Shown here piece by piece: positions 46,606 to 57,389 of a stretch of DNA of 64,000 nucleotides. Each line of letters opens with the position of its first letter. Position 1 is the stretch's first letter. The translations under genes were made by a program, and so were the position numbers. Location of the stretch: positions 1,216,001-1,280,000 of the forward strand of contig OY762940.1 in assembly GCA_963667255.1 (NCBI GenBank), written 5' to 3'. The notes below the pieces were generated by a model. It saw only the letters and a program-made list of their open reading frames with translations, was not told where the DNA came from and searched no databases. The stretch is from Candidatus Cloacimonadota bacterium. GTDB lineage: Bacteria > Cloacimonadota > Cloacimonadia > G963667145.

Positions 46606-48459
46606 TTAATCTATTACAAACAGAGGATCGCCTTCGGCTACAGTATCTCCTTGCTTAACCAAAATTTCTTTGATAGTTCCTGCTCTTTCAGCAAAAATAT
46701 CGTTTTCCATTTTCATAGCTTCCAACACCAATACAACAGTATCAGCAGAAACACTATCACCAACCGAAGCGTTAATTGACGCAATTTGTCCAGCGATAGG
46801 TGAAGTTACACTTCCGGCAACAGCACCGGCAGCAGGTTTAGCAACTGGAGCAGCAGCTACAGGGGCAACTTTTTTCGCAACGACATTAGGTACAGATTTT
46901 GTCACAGGAGAAGCAGATTTTACAATCGGTGCTCCACCTTCAGATTTAACGGTTACTTTATAGTCTTTACCGTTTACAGTCACAATTAAGTTTTCAGACA
47001 TCTTAACTCCTTTTAATACACTTTCATTTTTATTTATTTTTTCTTTAATTTCTTCGTCTTTAATATAATAAATTGCCTCTTTGGCTTCTCCCTTCAGAAA
47101 AGCAATACCTTTCTCTTTGCAAGTAGCGGCGATGAAAATATTTTCATCATTGACACTAAGCCCATTATCTTTCAGGACTTTCTTAGCCAAAGGAACACCA
47201 TCTTCCAAAATATCCAAAGGATTGTTTCCTTCAAAAGGTTTCTTTCCGAGTTGCTTTTCAGCAAGAGCAACGATTTCAGCATCAGCAGGTCTGGGGGTTT
47301 TGCCGAAGTAACCAAGAACCATATTCCCATAGCCATCTGTAATTTTCTTCCATCTACCTTGCACTACATTTGTGAACGCTTGTTGAAAATAGAACTGACT
47401 AACGGGAGTTACACTGGTCCCAAAACCACCCTTGGCAACCACCTCCGACATCTCCTCAATCACTTGAGGGAAAAGATGCAAGGTGTTTGTATCACGCATC
47501 ATCATAGTGTTGGCAGTGAGAGCTCCGCCCGGCATAGGCGACAAAACAATATTAGCCGCAGTCTGCTTAGCCTCCAAAGGCATCATATACTTTTTCATGC
47601 AATCTTCAAAGACTTTACGAGATTGCAAAAGCTTTTTATAATCGATGTCCAAGGTGTAATCAGTGCCTTTCAGAATATGCCAAATAGACAAAATATCTGG
47701 CTGACCAGTTCCGCCGGAAACAGGAGATTGAGCCAAATCTATGCCGTCAATTCCAGCTTCAATAGCAGCCATTATACAGTTAGCACCTATCCCCGCCGTA
47801 GCATGAGTATGAAACCACAAAGTTGCTTTGTCTCCCAGTTTTTTCCTTGCTTTAGCTACAGTTTCATAAACTATCTTGGGGGGACAAGTTCCCGATGCAT
47901 CCTTGAAAACCAAAGAATCAAACGGAATCTTTTTATTCAAAATATCATCAAGTTTTTCCATATAGAAATCGGCTGTATGCACTCCTGAATCTATCAATCC
48001 AGGAGCAAGCCCCATAAGAGCAATAGAAATCTGATGATGCAGTCCCTCTTTGGAAATGCAATTACCTGAATAATTGAGATTTTCTATGTCGTTCAAAGCA
48101 TCAAAATTTCTAATATGGGTTGTGCCGTGCTTTTTAAAAAGCTTCGCATGCATCTTGATAATATCTTTCGGTTGCTGAGAGAGCCCGACAACATTGATAC
48201 CTCTAGCCAAAGTTTGCAGTTTAACTTTTTTCCCCACAGCATCGCGAACTTTATCCATCATATCAAAAGCGTTCTCATTACAATAAAAGAACAAACTTTG
48301 GAAACGAGCTCCGCCTCCAAACTCAAAATGCTCTATACCCGCATCTACAGACGCTTTGACAGCTGGCAAAAAATCCTCGGTTTTTACACGAGCACCATAC
48401 ACAGATTGGAATCCATCCCGAAAGGATGTATCCATAAATTTAATCTTTTTCAAAGACAT
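46606..48459 (-). CDS. oadA: Oxaloacetate decarboxylase alpha / PycB-type carboxyltransferase with a biotinyl domain
   Basis: RDGFQS, GGA.F, FDALND, KD, HTH, PGG, VTPVSQ; C-terminal EAMKM biotin motif. Confidence 0.9.
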   Translation of the reverse strand: MSLKKIKFMDTSFRDGFQSVYGARVKTEDFLPAVKASVDAGIEHFEFGGGARFQSLFFYCNENAFDMMDKVRDAVGKKVKLQTLARGINVVGLSQQPKDIIKMHAKLFKKHGTTHIRNFDALNDIENLNYSGNCISKEGLHHQISIALMGLAPGLIDSGVHTADFYMEKLDDILNKKIPFDSLVFKDASGTCPPKIVYETVAKARKKLGDKATLWFHTHATAGIGANCIMAAIEAGIDGIDLAQSPVSGGTGQPDILSIWHILKGTDYTLDIDYKKLLQSRKVFEDCMKKYMMPLEAKQTAANIVLSPMPGGALTANTMMMRDTNTLHLFPQVIEEMSEVVAKGGFGTSVTPVSQFYFQQAFTNVVQGRWKKITDGYGNMVLGYFGKTPRPADAEIVALAEKQLGKKPFEGNNPLDILEDGVPLAKKVLKDNGLSVNDENIFIAATCKEKGIAFLKGEAKEAIYYIKDEEIKEKINKNESVLKGVKMSENLIVTVNGKDYKVTVKSEGGAPIVKSASPVTKSVPNVVAKKVAPVAAAPVAKPAAGAVAGSVTSPIAGQIASINASVGDSVSADTVVLVLEAMKMENDIFAERAGTIKEILVKQGDTVAEGDPLFVID

Positions 48460-48475
48460 AACTTAAACTTCCCTA

Positions 48476-48694
48476 CTATCTTCGGCAAGCTACAGCAGCA
48501 CTAATAACGGCAATCAATTCATCATCTTGACTTGCGTTATTATTTCCTCCTGAACTCAAAGGTGCGGAAGCAAAACAAGACTGAAATTTCTGAATCAATG
48601 CAGAACTTGCAACCATCGATAAACAAATAACAACTAAAAACAGAAATACAATTCCTGTTCCCAATATCATAATATTAACACCATCTATAAACAT
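48476..48694 (-). CDS. oadG: OadG-family decarboxylase gamma subunit
   Basis: G.GIVFLFL TM, ELIAVISAAV C-terminus; heads the oadGAB operon. Confidence 0.88.
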   Translation of the reverse strand: MFIDGVNIMILGTGIVFLFLVVICLSMVASSALIQKFQSCFASAPLSSGGNNNASQDDELIAVISAAVACRR

Positions 48695-48723
48695 CTCTAC
48701 TCCTAAATATTTTTTTTCAGCAT

Positions 48724-48751
48724 AACTTTTTTATGCCAAAAATGTTGTCAA
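48724..48751 (-). promoter_or_regulatory. Putative oadGAB promoter TTGACA-N16-AAAGTT
   Basis: Recurrent motif. Confidence 0.55.
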
Positions 48752-48825
48752 ACCTTTTTCGTTATATTTTAAACAATTATCTAATATATAAGTTATTGTG
48801 ATTTTTTTTGATTTTCCTAAATAAA

Positions 48826-49503
48826 TTATGCAAAGAAATAGCCGAGAATTCCGGCTAAAACAAGAGAAGGCAGCATATTTATTACGGGTATTTTTTTTAA
48901 CTCTAAAATGTTCAATCCCAACCCTAAAAGAATAACACCACCGACTGTCCCTATCAAATTGACAACCGAAATTGACAAGAAGTTGCCAAAAAACATCACC
49001 AATAAAGTCAATAATCCTTGAATTATAAAAATGGCAAACGAAGAAAAAATAACCCCTCTACCGAAAGATGCAGCCAAAAAAATCGAAGTTATTCCATCCA
49101 TTATCGATTTTGTAAAAAAGAGTGTCGGCGTTTTGCCACTACCCTCTTCCAATGCACCCAAGATTATCATGGAGCCAGTGCAAAATAGGAGAGTTGAAGC
49201 GATAAATCCCTCGGCAAAACTGTTTCCGTTTCCTCCGAATTTCTTTTGCAAAAATTCCGCAAATCTATTCAGATAGTCTTCCAATTTTAATAATTGCCCG
49301 ATGATTGAACCAAAAATCAGAGACAAAACCATAAGAATAATTTGCTCCACTTCCAACGCCATTTTTATTCCCAAGAAAACAACAAAAAGCCCGATAACTT
49401 GAAAAATGATTTCTGTCGATTTTTTGGGAAGTCTCGATTTTAGCAAAATTCCAAGAACAGACCCTACTAAAACAGTTGCGGTATTTACTATAGTTCCTAA
49501 CAT
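48826..49503 (-). CDS. DUF554-family membrane protein
   Basis: GTIVN, LLFCTGSM, KSIMDG, NMLPSL. Confidence 0.9.
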   Translation of the reverse strand: MLGTIVNTATVLVGSVLGILLKSRLPKKSTEIIFQVIGLFVVFLGIKMALEVEQIILMVLSLIFGSIIGQLLKLEDYLNRFAEFLQKKFGGNGNSFAEGFIASTLLFCTGSMIILGALEEGSGKTPTLFFTKSIMDGITSIFLAASFGRGVIFSSFAIFIIQGLLTLLVMFFGNFLSISVVNLIGTVGGVILLGLGLNILELKKIPVINMLPSLVLAGILGYFFA

Positions 49504-49515
49504 ATATCCTGCCTG

Positions 49516-50415
49516 TTATTTCTTATCCAAGCTAAGAGTTACAATCTTGTCCACCAGCGACTCAAAGCTCATCCCAATTGCATTGGCTGACATCGGCACT
49601 AGCGAAGTATCCGTCATCCCCGGTAGAGTATTTATTTCCAGAAAATAGAATTTTTCCCCATCATATCTAAAATCAATTCGGGAATAAACTTCTGCTCCGA
49701 CAGCTTTATAAACTAAAACTGCGAGCCGTTGGATTTCCTCAGTCTCTTCTTTCGTTATCTCAGCGGGAATTATATAGTCAGTAGAACCTTTGGTGTATTT
49801 ATTTTCAAAATCGAAAAATCCGTATTTTGGCTTTATCTCTATTACCGGCAAAGGTTCATCGTCCAAAATTGGAACTGTTAATTCTCTGCCCTTGATAAAC
49901 TCCTGACAAATCACGGAAGAGCTATATTGAAAAGCGGTTTTGAGAGCAGGTAAAAATTGGTTTTCGCTTTCAACCACAGTTATTCCTACAGAAGAACCTG
50001 CATCGTTGGGTTTGACCACTATTGGATATTTCCCTTCCCAATTCTCGCTTTCACTGTGAAAAATTTTCCCTTCTATTATAGGCACGCCATAGTATCCGAC
50101 CAAGCGTTCACAAAGATATTTATCCATAGCAACAGCACACGCTTTGGAATCTGAACCCGTATATGGTATCTTCTCCAACTCCAATAAGCCCTGCAGTAAG
50201 CCGTTTTCTCCCTCTCCACCGTGCAAAGCGTTAAAAACCAAATCAGCATTAAATTTCTTAATCTCGTTAATCAACTCAAAATACGAATATTCGGAAGGGT
50301 CTATTAAAGAAGTTTCGTGGTTAAGTGCTTGCAACGCCGTATTAATAGCTTTGCCACTCTTGTAAGAAACCTCTCTTTCGGACGACCTACCTTTATACAA
50401 AATTGCTATTTTCAC
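49516..50415 (-). CDS. ddl: D-alanine--D-alanine ligase
   Basis: SSEREVS..SG, LHGGEGE.G, PYTGS, KP...GSS.G, EINTLPGMT..S. Confidence 0.96.
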   Translation of the reverse strand: MKIAILYKGRSSEREVSYKSGKAINTALQALNHETSLIDPSEYSYFELINEIKKFNADLVFNALHGGEGENGLLQGLLELEKIPYTGSDSKACAVAMDKYLCERLVGYYGVPIIEGKIFHSESENWEGKYPIVVKPNDAGSSVGITVVESENQFLPALKTAFQYSSSVICQEFIKGRELTVPILDDEPLPVIEIKPKYGFFDFENKYTKGSTDYIIPAEITKEETEEIQRLAVLVYKAVGAEVYSRIDFRYDGEKFYFLEINTLPGMTDTSLVPMSANAIGMSFESLVDKIVTLSLDKK

Positions 50416-50499
50416 CTTTTCTCCAATAAATTTAACTAATTCTCATCTTCGGGTGCAATTTTTATTTGCAAATAAAATAAGTAAACCTTTAAAACAAAC

Positions 50500-50531
50500 A
50501 AAAAAGGCGAATTTAATTAAATCCGCCCTTT
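50500..50531 (-). terminator. Rho-independent terminator after groL
   Basis: GGGCGGATTT-aatt-AAATTCGCCT-TTTT on the minus strand. Confidence 0.8.
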
Positions 50532-50551
50532 ATATTCTTTGCTAAATTATA

Positions 50552-52207
<1,656 letters not shown>

Positions 52208-52220
52208 CTAAAATTTGTTT

Positions 52221-52247
52221 TTAGCAATCTAAATGATATAGTGCTAA
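52221..52247. promoter_or_regulatory. CIRCE element (HrcA operator) upstream of groL
   Basis: TTAGCAATC-N9-TAGTGCTAA versus consensus TTAGCACTC-N9-GAGTGCTAA (one mismatch per arm); TTGACA promoter at 52268-52273. Confidence 0.9.
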
Positions 52248-52290
52248 TTTTTTTATCTAATAAATGCTGTCAAATAATTTCTCACAAAAC

Positions 52291-52330
52291 AAAACATCTG
52301 CTCCAAAATTTCTTTTAGAACAGATGTTTT
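52291..52330 (-). terminator. Terminator after the tRNA pair
   Basis: AAAACATCTG...CAGATGTTTT inverted repeat. Confidence 0.75.
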
Positions 52331-52345
52331 ATATATTCAAAAAAA

Positions 52346-52421
52346 TGGTACTCCCGTAGGGATTCGAACCCTAGACCCACTGATTAAGAGTCAGTTGCTC
52401 TACCAACTGAGCTACGGAAGT
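52346..52421 (-). tRNA. tRNA-Lys (CTT)
   Basis: ACTTCCGTAGCTCAGTTGGTAGAGCAACTGACTCTTAATCAGTGGGTCTAGGGTTCGAATCCCTACGGGAGTACCA; cloverleaf with encoded CCA. Confidence 0.97.
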
Positions 52422-52428
52422 ATAAATA

Positions 52429-52503
52429 TGGCATCCCGTAGGGGAGTCGAACCCCTGTTGCCAGAATGAGAATCTGGAGTCCTAACCACTAGACGAACGG
52501 GAC
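52429..52503 (-). tRNA. tRNA-Glu (CTC)
   Basis: GTCCCGTTCGTCTAGTGGTTAGGACTCCAGATTCTCATTCTGGCAACAGGGGTTCGACTCCCCTACGGGATGCCA. Confidence 0.97.
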
Positions 52504-52555
52504 AATCTAAAATTTTGTGCTCAATATTTTTGCAAACGATTTTGTGTCAAATCTT

Positions 52556-53107
52556 TTATTGCAACCTTAAAAGAGAACCGGCTTTAATAAAGTTTTTATC
52601 TCCAATATTGTTCAACTCAACCAAGCTTTCTTGAGTCTTAGCTGTTTCTTTAGCAATAGTGGAAAGATTGTCGCCAAGGTCAACTTTGTAAAAATTGCCA
52701 CTACTAACGGGCTTTACTTTGCTTGCCGGTATTTTCAATTCCATTCCTGCAGGGACAATATTCGGATTTTCAATTCCGTTCATCTCTGCAAGTTGCCAAA
52801 CATAAACATCGTATTTTTTGAAACACAAATCGTATAGACACTCACCCGAATTAATACGATAAACACCTTCACTTTGCACTGGCTCAGGTGCTTGAACCAC
52901 TTCAGCCTCTGCCAATTGCTCTTGCTCTTCCACTGGTGTTACACTCACCACTTCTACTTGTTGCTCTTTTTGGTCTTGTGCCACCTCCACAACTACTTCT
53001 TCCTTAGTATTATCAACAGTCGAAACTGGGGTAGCATCAATTGGCTTTTTTGCTGCACAACCAATTATTATCAAAAAAGCAACCAACAAAACTAAAAATT
53101 TTTTCAT
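52556..53107 (-). CDS. LysM-domain lipoprotein (two LysM repeats)
   Basis: Lipobox IIGC; YRINSGECL...LAEMNGIENPNIV..GMELKIP and YKVDLGDNLSTIA...LVELNNI. Confidence 0.88.
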   Translation of the reverse strand: MKKFLVLLVAFLIIIGCAAKKPIDATPVSTVDNTKEEVVVEVAQDQKEQQVEVVSVTPVEEQEQLAEAEVVQAPEPVQSEGVYRINSGECLYDLCFKKYDVYVWQLAEMNGIENPNIVPAGMELKIPASKVKPVSSGNFYKVDLGDNLSTIAKETAKTQESLVELNNIGDKNFIKAGSLLRLQ

Positions 53108-53148
53108 CTTTTCCTCCACTCTAATTTTTCTTATTTCCCATTACTTAA

Positions 53149-54171
53149 TTAAACTTCAACAATCCAACCATCCGGAGCTTCTACATCGCCGAATTGTATT
53201 CCTGTCAATTTATTATAAAGACCAGTTGTTACCGGTCCCACTTCCGTTTCCGAATAAAAAACATGCAAATTTCCTTTATAGCTAATCCCGCCTATGGGAG
53301 TGATAACTGCGGCTGTTCCGCAAGCTCCCGCTTCTTTGAACTCAGATAAGTTATCGATAAAAACATCTCGTTCTTCGGTTTTCATTCCCAAATATTCTCT
53401 AGCCACATGCAATAACGAAGACTTTGTGATACTTGGTAAAATAGAGGGAGATTTAGGAGTAACAAACTTGTTGTCTTTGGTTATTCCGAAGAAATTTGCG
53501 GCACCAACTTCTTCTATCTTGGTATGAGTTGCAGGGTCCAAATAGATGCAATCAGCAAATCCGGCTTCGGCACTATTTTTGTGAGGGAGCATACTGGCTC
53601 CGTAATTGCCCCCTACTTTCACCGCACCTGTTCCCATTGGAGCTGCACGGTCATAATCAGAAATATTAAAATTAACTGGAGCAAGGCCACCTTTAAAATA
53701 TGCACCAACCGGAACACAAAAAATACAGAAAACATACTCAGGAGCTGGCTTCACGCCTATATTCGCTCCATCACCAAACATAAACGGACGGATATACAAT
53801 GTTCCCCCACTACCGTAAGGAGGGACATATTCTGCATTTGCTCTTACGACCTCTTTGCACGCTTCAACGAACTTTTCCTCTGGATATTCCGCCATCAGAA
53901 CCCTTTGACAAGATCTAATCATCCGTTTTGCATTTTCCTCGGGACGAAACAAAACAACCTTATTTTCTTTTGTTTTATAAGCCTTCAACCCCTCAAAACA
54001 GCTTTGTCCGTAATGAAGTACCGTTGCTGCAGCATGGATAGTCAAACTGTCATCATCCACCATTTTTCCGTTGTCCCACTTACCCTCTTTGTAACGCGAA
54101 ACAAACATCTTATTGGTTTTCAGATAATCAAAGCCAAGACTATTCCAATCAATTTTCTTACTCATATTCAC
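53149..54171 (-). CDS. ilvE: Branched-chain amino acid aminotransferase
   Basis: LHYGQSCFEGLKAY, LYIRP, KVGGNY, EVGAANFF, ILPSIT, CGTAAVITP. Confidence 0.96.
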   Translation of the reverse strand: MNMSKKIDWNSLGFDYLKTNKMFVSRYKEGKWDNGKMVDDDSLTIHAAATVLHYGQSCFEGLKAYKTKENKVVLFRPEENAKRMIRSCQRVLMAEYPEEKFVEACKEVVRANAEYVPPYGSGGTLYIRPFMFGDGANIGVKPAPEYVFCIFCVPVGAYFKGGLAPVNFNISDYDRAAPMGTGAVKVGGNYGASMLPHKNSAEAGFADCIYLDPATHTKIEEVGAANFFGITKDNKFVTPKSPSILPSITKSSLLHVAREYLGMKTEERDVFIDNLSEFKEAGACGTAAVITPIGGISYKGNLHVFYSETEVGPVTTGLYNKLTGIQFGDVEAPDGWIVEV

Positions 54172-54186
54172 CTCTGATTTTTACGA

Positions 54187-54214
54187 AACTTTAAAGCTAA
54201 TAACTAATCGTCAA
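54187..54214 (-). promoter_or_regulatory. Putative ilvE promoter TTGACG-N16-AAAGTT
   Basis: Recurrent motif. Confidence 0.5.
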
Positions 54215-54297
54215 GTTTTTTTCCTCTTTCCAAGTTTCCCTATCAAAAAATAACCGCAAAACAATTTTGTTTTCAACAAGTTTAATGAATTTAGGAT

Positions 54298-55140
54298 TTA
54301 CAAATCGTTTTTGCCAAACTCATACACTCTGCCACAAAACTGACAAGTAGCTCGAATTTTACCCTTTTCTTTTAAAATCTCTTCTATCTCATCTTTGCCC
54401 AAAAGCATTATTCCGCTTTTAAATCTCTCGGCACTGCAATCACATTCATATCTCGCCGTGAAGGTGGACAAAATTTTTGCATCATCCACAACAAATTTTT
54501 CTATAATTTCCTGAACTGAATAGCCTATATCCATCAAATCCGTAAAATTCGGAAACTTCTTCATTTTTTGTTCCAAACAGGCAATAGTCTCATCATCCGC
54601 ATCGGGCAACAACTGAACTATAAAACCACCGGCTTGCAAAATTTCCGCTTTCTCGTTAATCAATACACCGAGCACAACAACCGAAGCGATTTGTTGCGAT
54701 TGCATCAGAAGGTAAGCAACATCTTGGGCAATCTCGGAAGTTTGCAACTCCACATGCCCGTTATATGGTCGCTTCAAGCCCTCATCTTTAATAAGTGTCA
54801 GCGTGCCTTTCCCTATCGCTTTGGGGATGTTAAAACCTTTGCCATTCGTATTTGTTACCTCTTGCGAAGAATTGGAAATAGTGCCTTTGACCCTTCCATC
54901 TTGAGTAGCAACAACTACGATATTCCCCAAGAGTCCGTCGCCGCTTACTTTTAGCGTCAGCTTATTTTTTTTGCTCTTCAACTGTGCACCCAAGAGTAAT
55001 CCGGCTGTCAGTAACCGTCCCAAAGCGACACTGGCGGTGATAGATAAGTTGTGCGTTGCCTGTGCTTTCCTGACTGTTTCCGTCGAATTTACAGCCAAAA
55101 AAGCAAGACCTTTCCCCGTGCCTCTTATCAATTTATCCAT
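54298..55140 (-). CDS. hslO: Hsp33 redox-regulated chaperone
   Basis: ALGRLLTA, SQQI.S, AGGFIVQLLP, CDCS...CQFC zinc motif. Confidence 0.94.
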   Translation of the reverse strand: MDKLIRGTGKGLAFLAVNSTETVRKAQATHNLSITASVALGRLLTAGLLLGAQLKSKKNKLTLKVSGDGLLGNIVVVATQDGRVKGTISNSSQEVTNTNGKGFNIPKAIGKGTLTLIKDEGLKRPYNGHVELQTSEIAQDVAYLLMQSQQIASVVVLGVLINEKAEILQAGGFIVQLLPDADDETIACLEQKMKKFPNFTDLMDIGYSVQEIIEKFVVDDAKILSTFTARYECDCSAERFKSGIMLLGKDEIEEILKEKGKIRATCQFCGRVYEFGKNDL

Positions 55141-55152
55141 ATCGAGTTAACC

Positions 55153-55674
55153 TCAATCACAATACTTAATCCTACCGTAAGCAATTATATCCCCTGAACT
55201 CACATCTGCCGTATCACGAACGACCTTTAACTTGGTAGAACTGGCGTGTATAAACTCAACTTTATTATCAGCAATTCGGCAAACAATCCCTCCATGAGTC
55301 GGCAAAAGTTTATTTGTTCCGATGAAAATAATATCGCCCAAATCCACATTGCTCACAGACAGCAAATTCGTGTTATACAAAAACAGAGACTCAATGTTGG
55401 CGTCCGAAACAACTCCACCGGAACTATTCACAAAAATATTTTTCTTGTTCAAAGCAGTTTGATAGCTATACACTATCAGCCCCGAACAGTCAAAACTACT
55501 TGGTCCGTCACTACCCAGAGAGTATGGGCAACCTAACTTCCCAATAGAAATTTGCACAGCCTTACTTCTAATGGTAGAATTAGCCTCAGTTTGACTATTG
55601 TCGGAAGAGTCAGACGAAATGAAGTTGCATCCGAACAAAGCAAAAATGCAGATAAAGGGAATAATTTTCTTCAT
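55153..55674 (-). CDS. NlpC/P60-family peptidase lipoprotein
   Basis: Lipobox LFGC; LGCPY..G..GPSSFDCSGL; GDIIF; H.GI; FIHAS. Confidence 0.88.
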   Translation of the reverse strand: MKKIIPFICIFALFGCNFISSDSSDNSQTEANSTIRSKAVQISIGKLGCPYSLGSDGPSSFDCSGLIVYSYQTALNKKNIFVNSSGGVVSDANIESLFLYNTNLLSVSNVDLGDIIFIGTNKLLPTHGGIVCRIADNKVEFIHASSTKLKVVRDTADVSSGDIIAYGRIKYCD

Positions 55675-56444
55675 CAACAATAAGGTCTGATAATATCGAA
55701 CAGCGAATCCATTTGCTCGAAATCAAGCATCGTGCTGGCATCACATAGAGCTTTTTTTGGATTGGGATGCACCTCCACAAATAGTCCAGAAACAGCACCT
55801 GTAGCCAAAGCTGCCGAAGCCAATGGTAAAGCGTATTGCGGTGTCCCCCCGCTAACCGCCCCACTGGACGGCTCTTGCATAGAGTGTGTCACATCGTAAA
55901 TCACAGGATATCCGTAAGAATTCATCTTCACAAAATTCCTGAAATCCACCACAAGATTGTGATATCCGAAACTCGTTCCTCTCTCCGTTAGCAAAATTTT
56001 GTCGTTTCCCCCACATTTCTTGATAGCCCCTTTCATATCTTCCGCCGCCATAAATTGAGCTTTTTTGATGTTGATAATTTTATCGGTTTCCGCAGCCGCT
56101 TGCAAGATAGATGTCTGACGAGACAGAAACGCAGGAATTTGCAAGATATCCGCCACTTCTGCCGCCAAAGCAGCTTGTGATGGCAAATGAATATCGGTTA
56201 CTATAGGAAGGTTGAACTCGCTCTTTATTTTTTGCAAATTGCCCAGACCCTCGTCAATACCGGGTCCAGCATAAGATTCGGCACTGGTTCTATTTGCTTT
56301 CTCAAACGAAGACTTGAAAACCACCGGACAAGGGCAATTTCTCACCAAATACTCAGCCACTTGCCTACCAACTTCCAAACTCTCCAAAACACACGGTCCT
56401 GCCAACAAAAAGAACTTGTTCTTCAATAAGTTATAATCCAACAT
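55674..56444 (-). CDS. kdsA: KDO 8-phosphate synthase
   Basis: AGPCVLES, KANRTS, QIPAFL, NIKKAQF, TERG..FGY..LVVD, DVTHS. Confidence 0.95.
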   Translation of the reverse strand: MLDYNLLKNKFFLLAGPCVLESLEVGRQVAEYLVRNCPCPVVFKSSFEKANRTSAESYAGPGIDEGLGNLQKIKSEFNLPIVTDIHLPSQAALAAEVADILQIPAFLSRQTSILQAAAETDKIINIKKAQFMAAEDMKGAIKKCGGNDKILLTERGTSFGYHNLVVDFRNFVKMNSYGYPVIYDVTHSMQEPSSGAVSGGTPQYALPLASAALATGAVSGLFVEVHPNPKKALCDASTMLDFEQMDSLFDIIRPYC

Positions 56445-56445
56445 C

Positions 56446-57207
56446 CTATGCTCCTTGACGAACATTCAATCCCTGTTCAACCAAATAATTTTTGATTTGA
56501 GGAATTGTTAATTTTTTGTAATGTAGCAACGAAGCCAAAAGCAAAGCATCCGCTTTACCCTCTTTCACTCCTTGCACAAAGTGCTCTAACTTGCCGGCAC
56601 CTCCAGAAGCAATCACTGGCACGCTGGAAATGCTGCTGACTCGTTCCGTGAGTTCGATGTCATATCCCTGATTTGTGCCGTCAGCGTCTATCGAATTTAG
56701 CAAAATCTCTCCTGCTCCCAAATCGATAGCTTTTTTTACCCATGAAAACACATCCAAGCCTGTGTCTACGCGACCACCGGCTACAAAGCAATTCCAACTG
56801 TCTCCCGTGCGTTTTGCATCGACTGACAACACTATACATTGGCTACCGAAAGAGTTCGCCGCTTCTTTTATCAAATCGGGATTCTTAATCGCAGCAGAAC
56901 AAATACTCACTTTGTCAGCTCCTGCCAAAAGTGCTTGGCGAATGTCCTCACAACTGCGGATGCCACCTCCAACAGTCAGCGGGATAAAAACAACCTTAGC
57001 AATCTTCTCCACCACATCCAAAAGAGTTTGCTTACTCTTGTAAGTAGCACCTATGTCCAAAAAAGTCAGTTCGTCCGCACCTTGCGAATAATACTCTTTT
57101 GACAACTCAAGCGGATCGCCCGCATCCTGAATCTCTTTAAAACCTGTTCCCTTCACCACTCTGCCATCTTCCACATCCAAACACGGGATAATTCTCGTTG
57201 TTAACAT
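56446..57207 (-). CDS. hisF: Imidazole glycerol phosphate synthase cyclase subunit
   Basis: True start MLTTRIIPCLDV at 57207; GADELTFLDI, PLTVGGGI, GAGEILLNSIDADGT..GYD, IASGGAG. Confidence 0.95.
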   Translation of the reverse strand: MLTTRIIPCLDVEDGRVVKGTGFKEIQDAGDPLELSKEYYSQGADELTFLDIGATYKSKQTLLDVVEKIAKVVFIPLTVGGGIRSCEDIRQALLAGADKVSICSAAIKNPDLIKEAANSFGSQCIVLSVDAKRTGDSWNCFVAGGRVDTGLDVFSWVKKAIDLGAGEILLNSIDADGTNQGYDIELTERVSSISSVPVIASGGAGKLEHFVQGVKEGKADALLLASLLHYKKLTIPQIKNYLVEQGLNVRQGA

Positions 57208-57389
57208 AAAAATCCTTCCATCAGTTTTCACACTGAAATAATCTGTATCAAGCAAACTGCAAATCAACAATAATGGTGTCAATAAATTATCGGAAGAAAG
57301 TTTGAACACAAAATATAAGTCAACAAAACAATTGACATCTTCCCTTGCAAATAAGTTTTCACTGGATATTTTTATTATAAGGAGCATTA

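Noticed and set aside
52346..52503. tRNA genes as an integration site for a prophage or island
   Set aside because: They are flanked by a terminator, groL and a LysM gene; I saw no integrase or duplicated tRNA 3' end.
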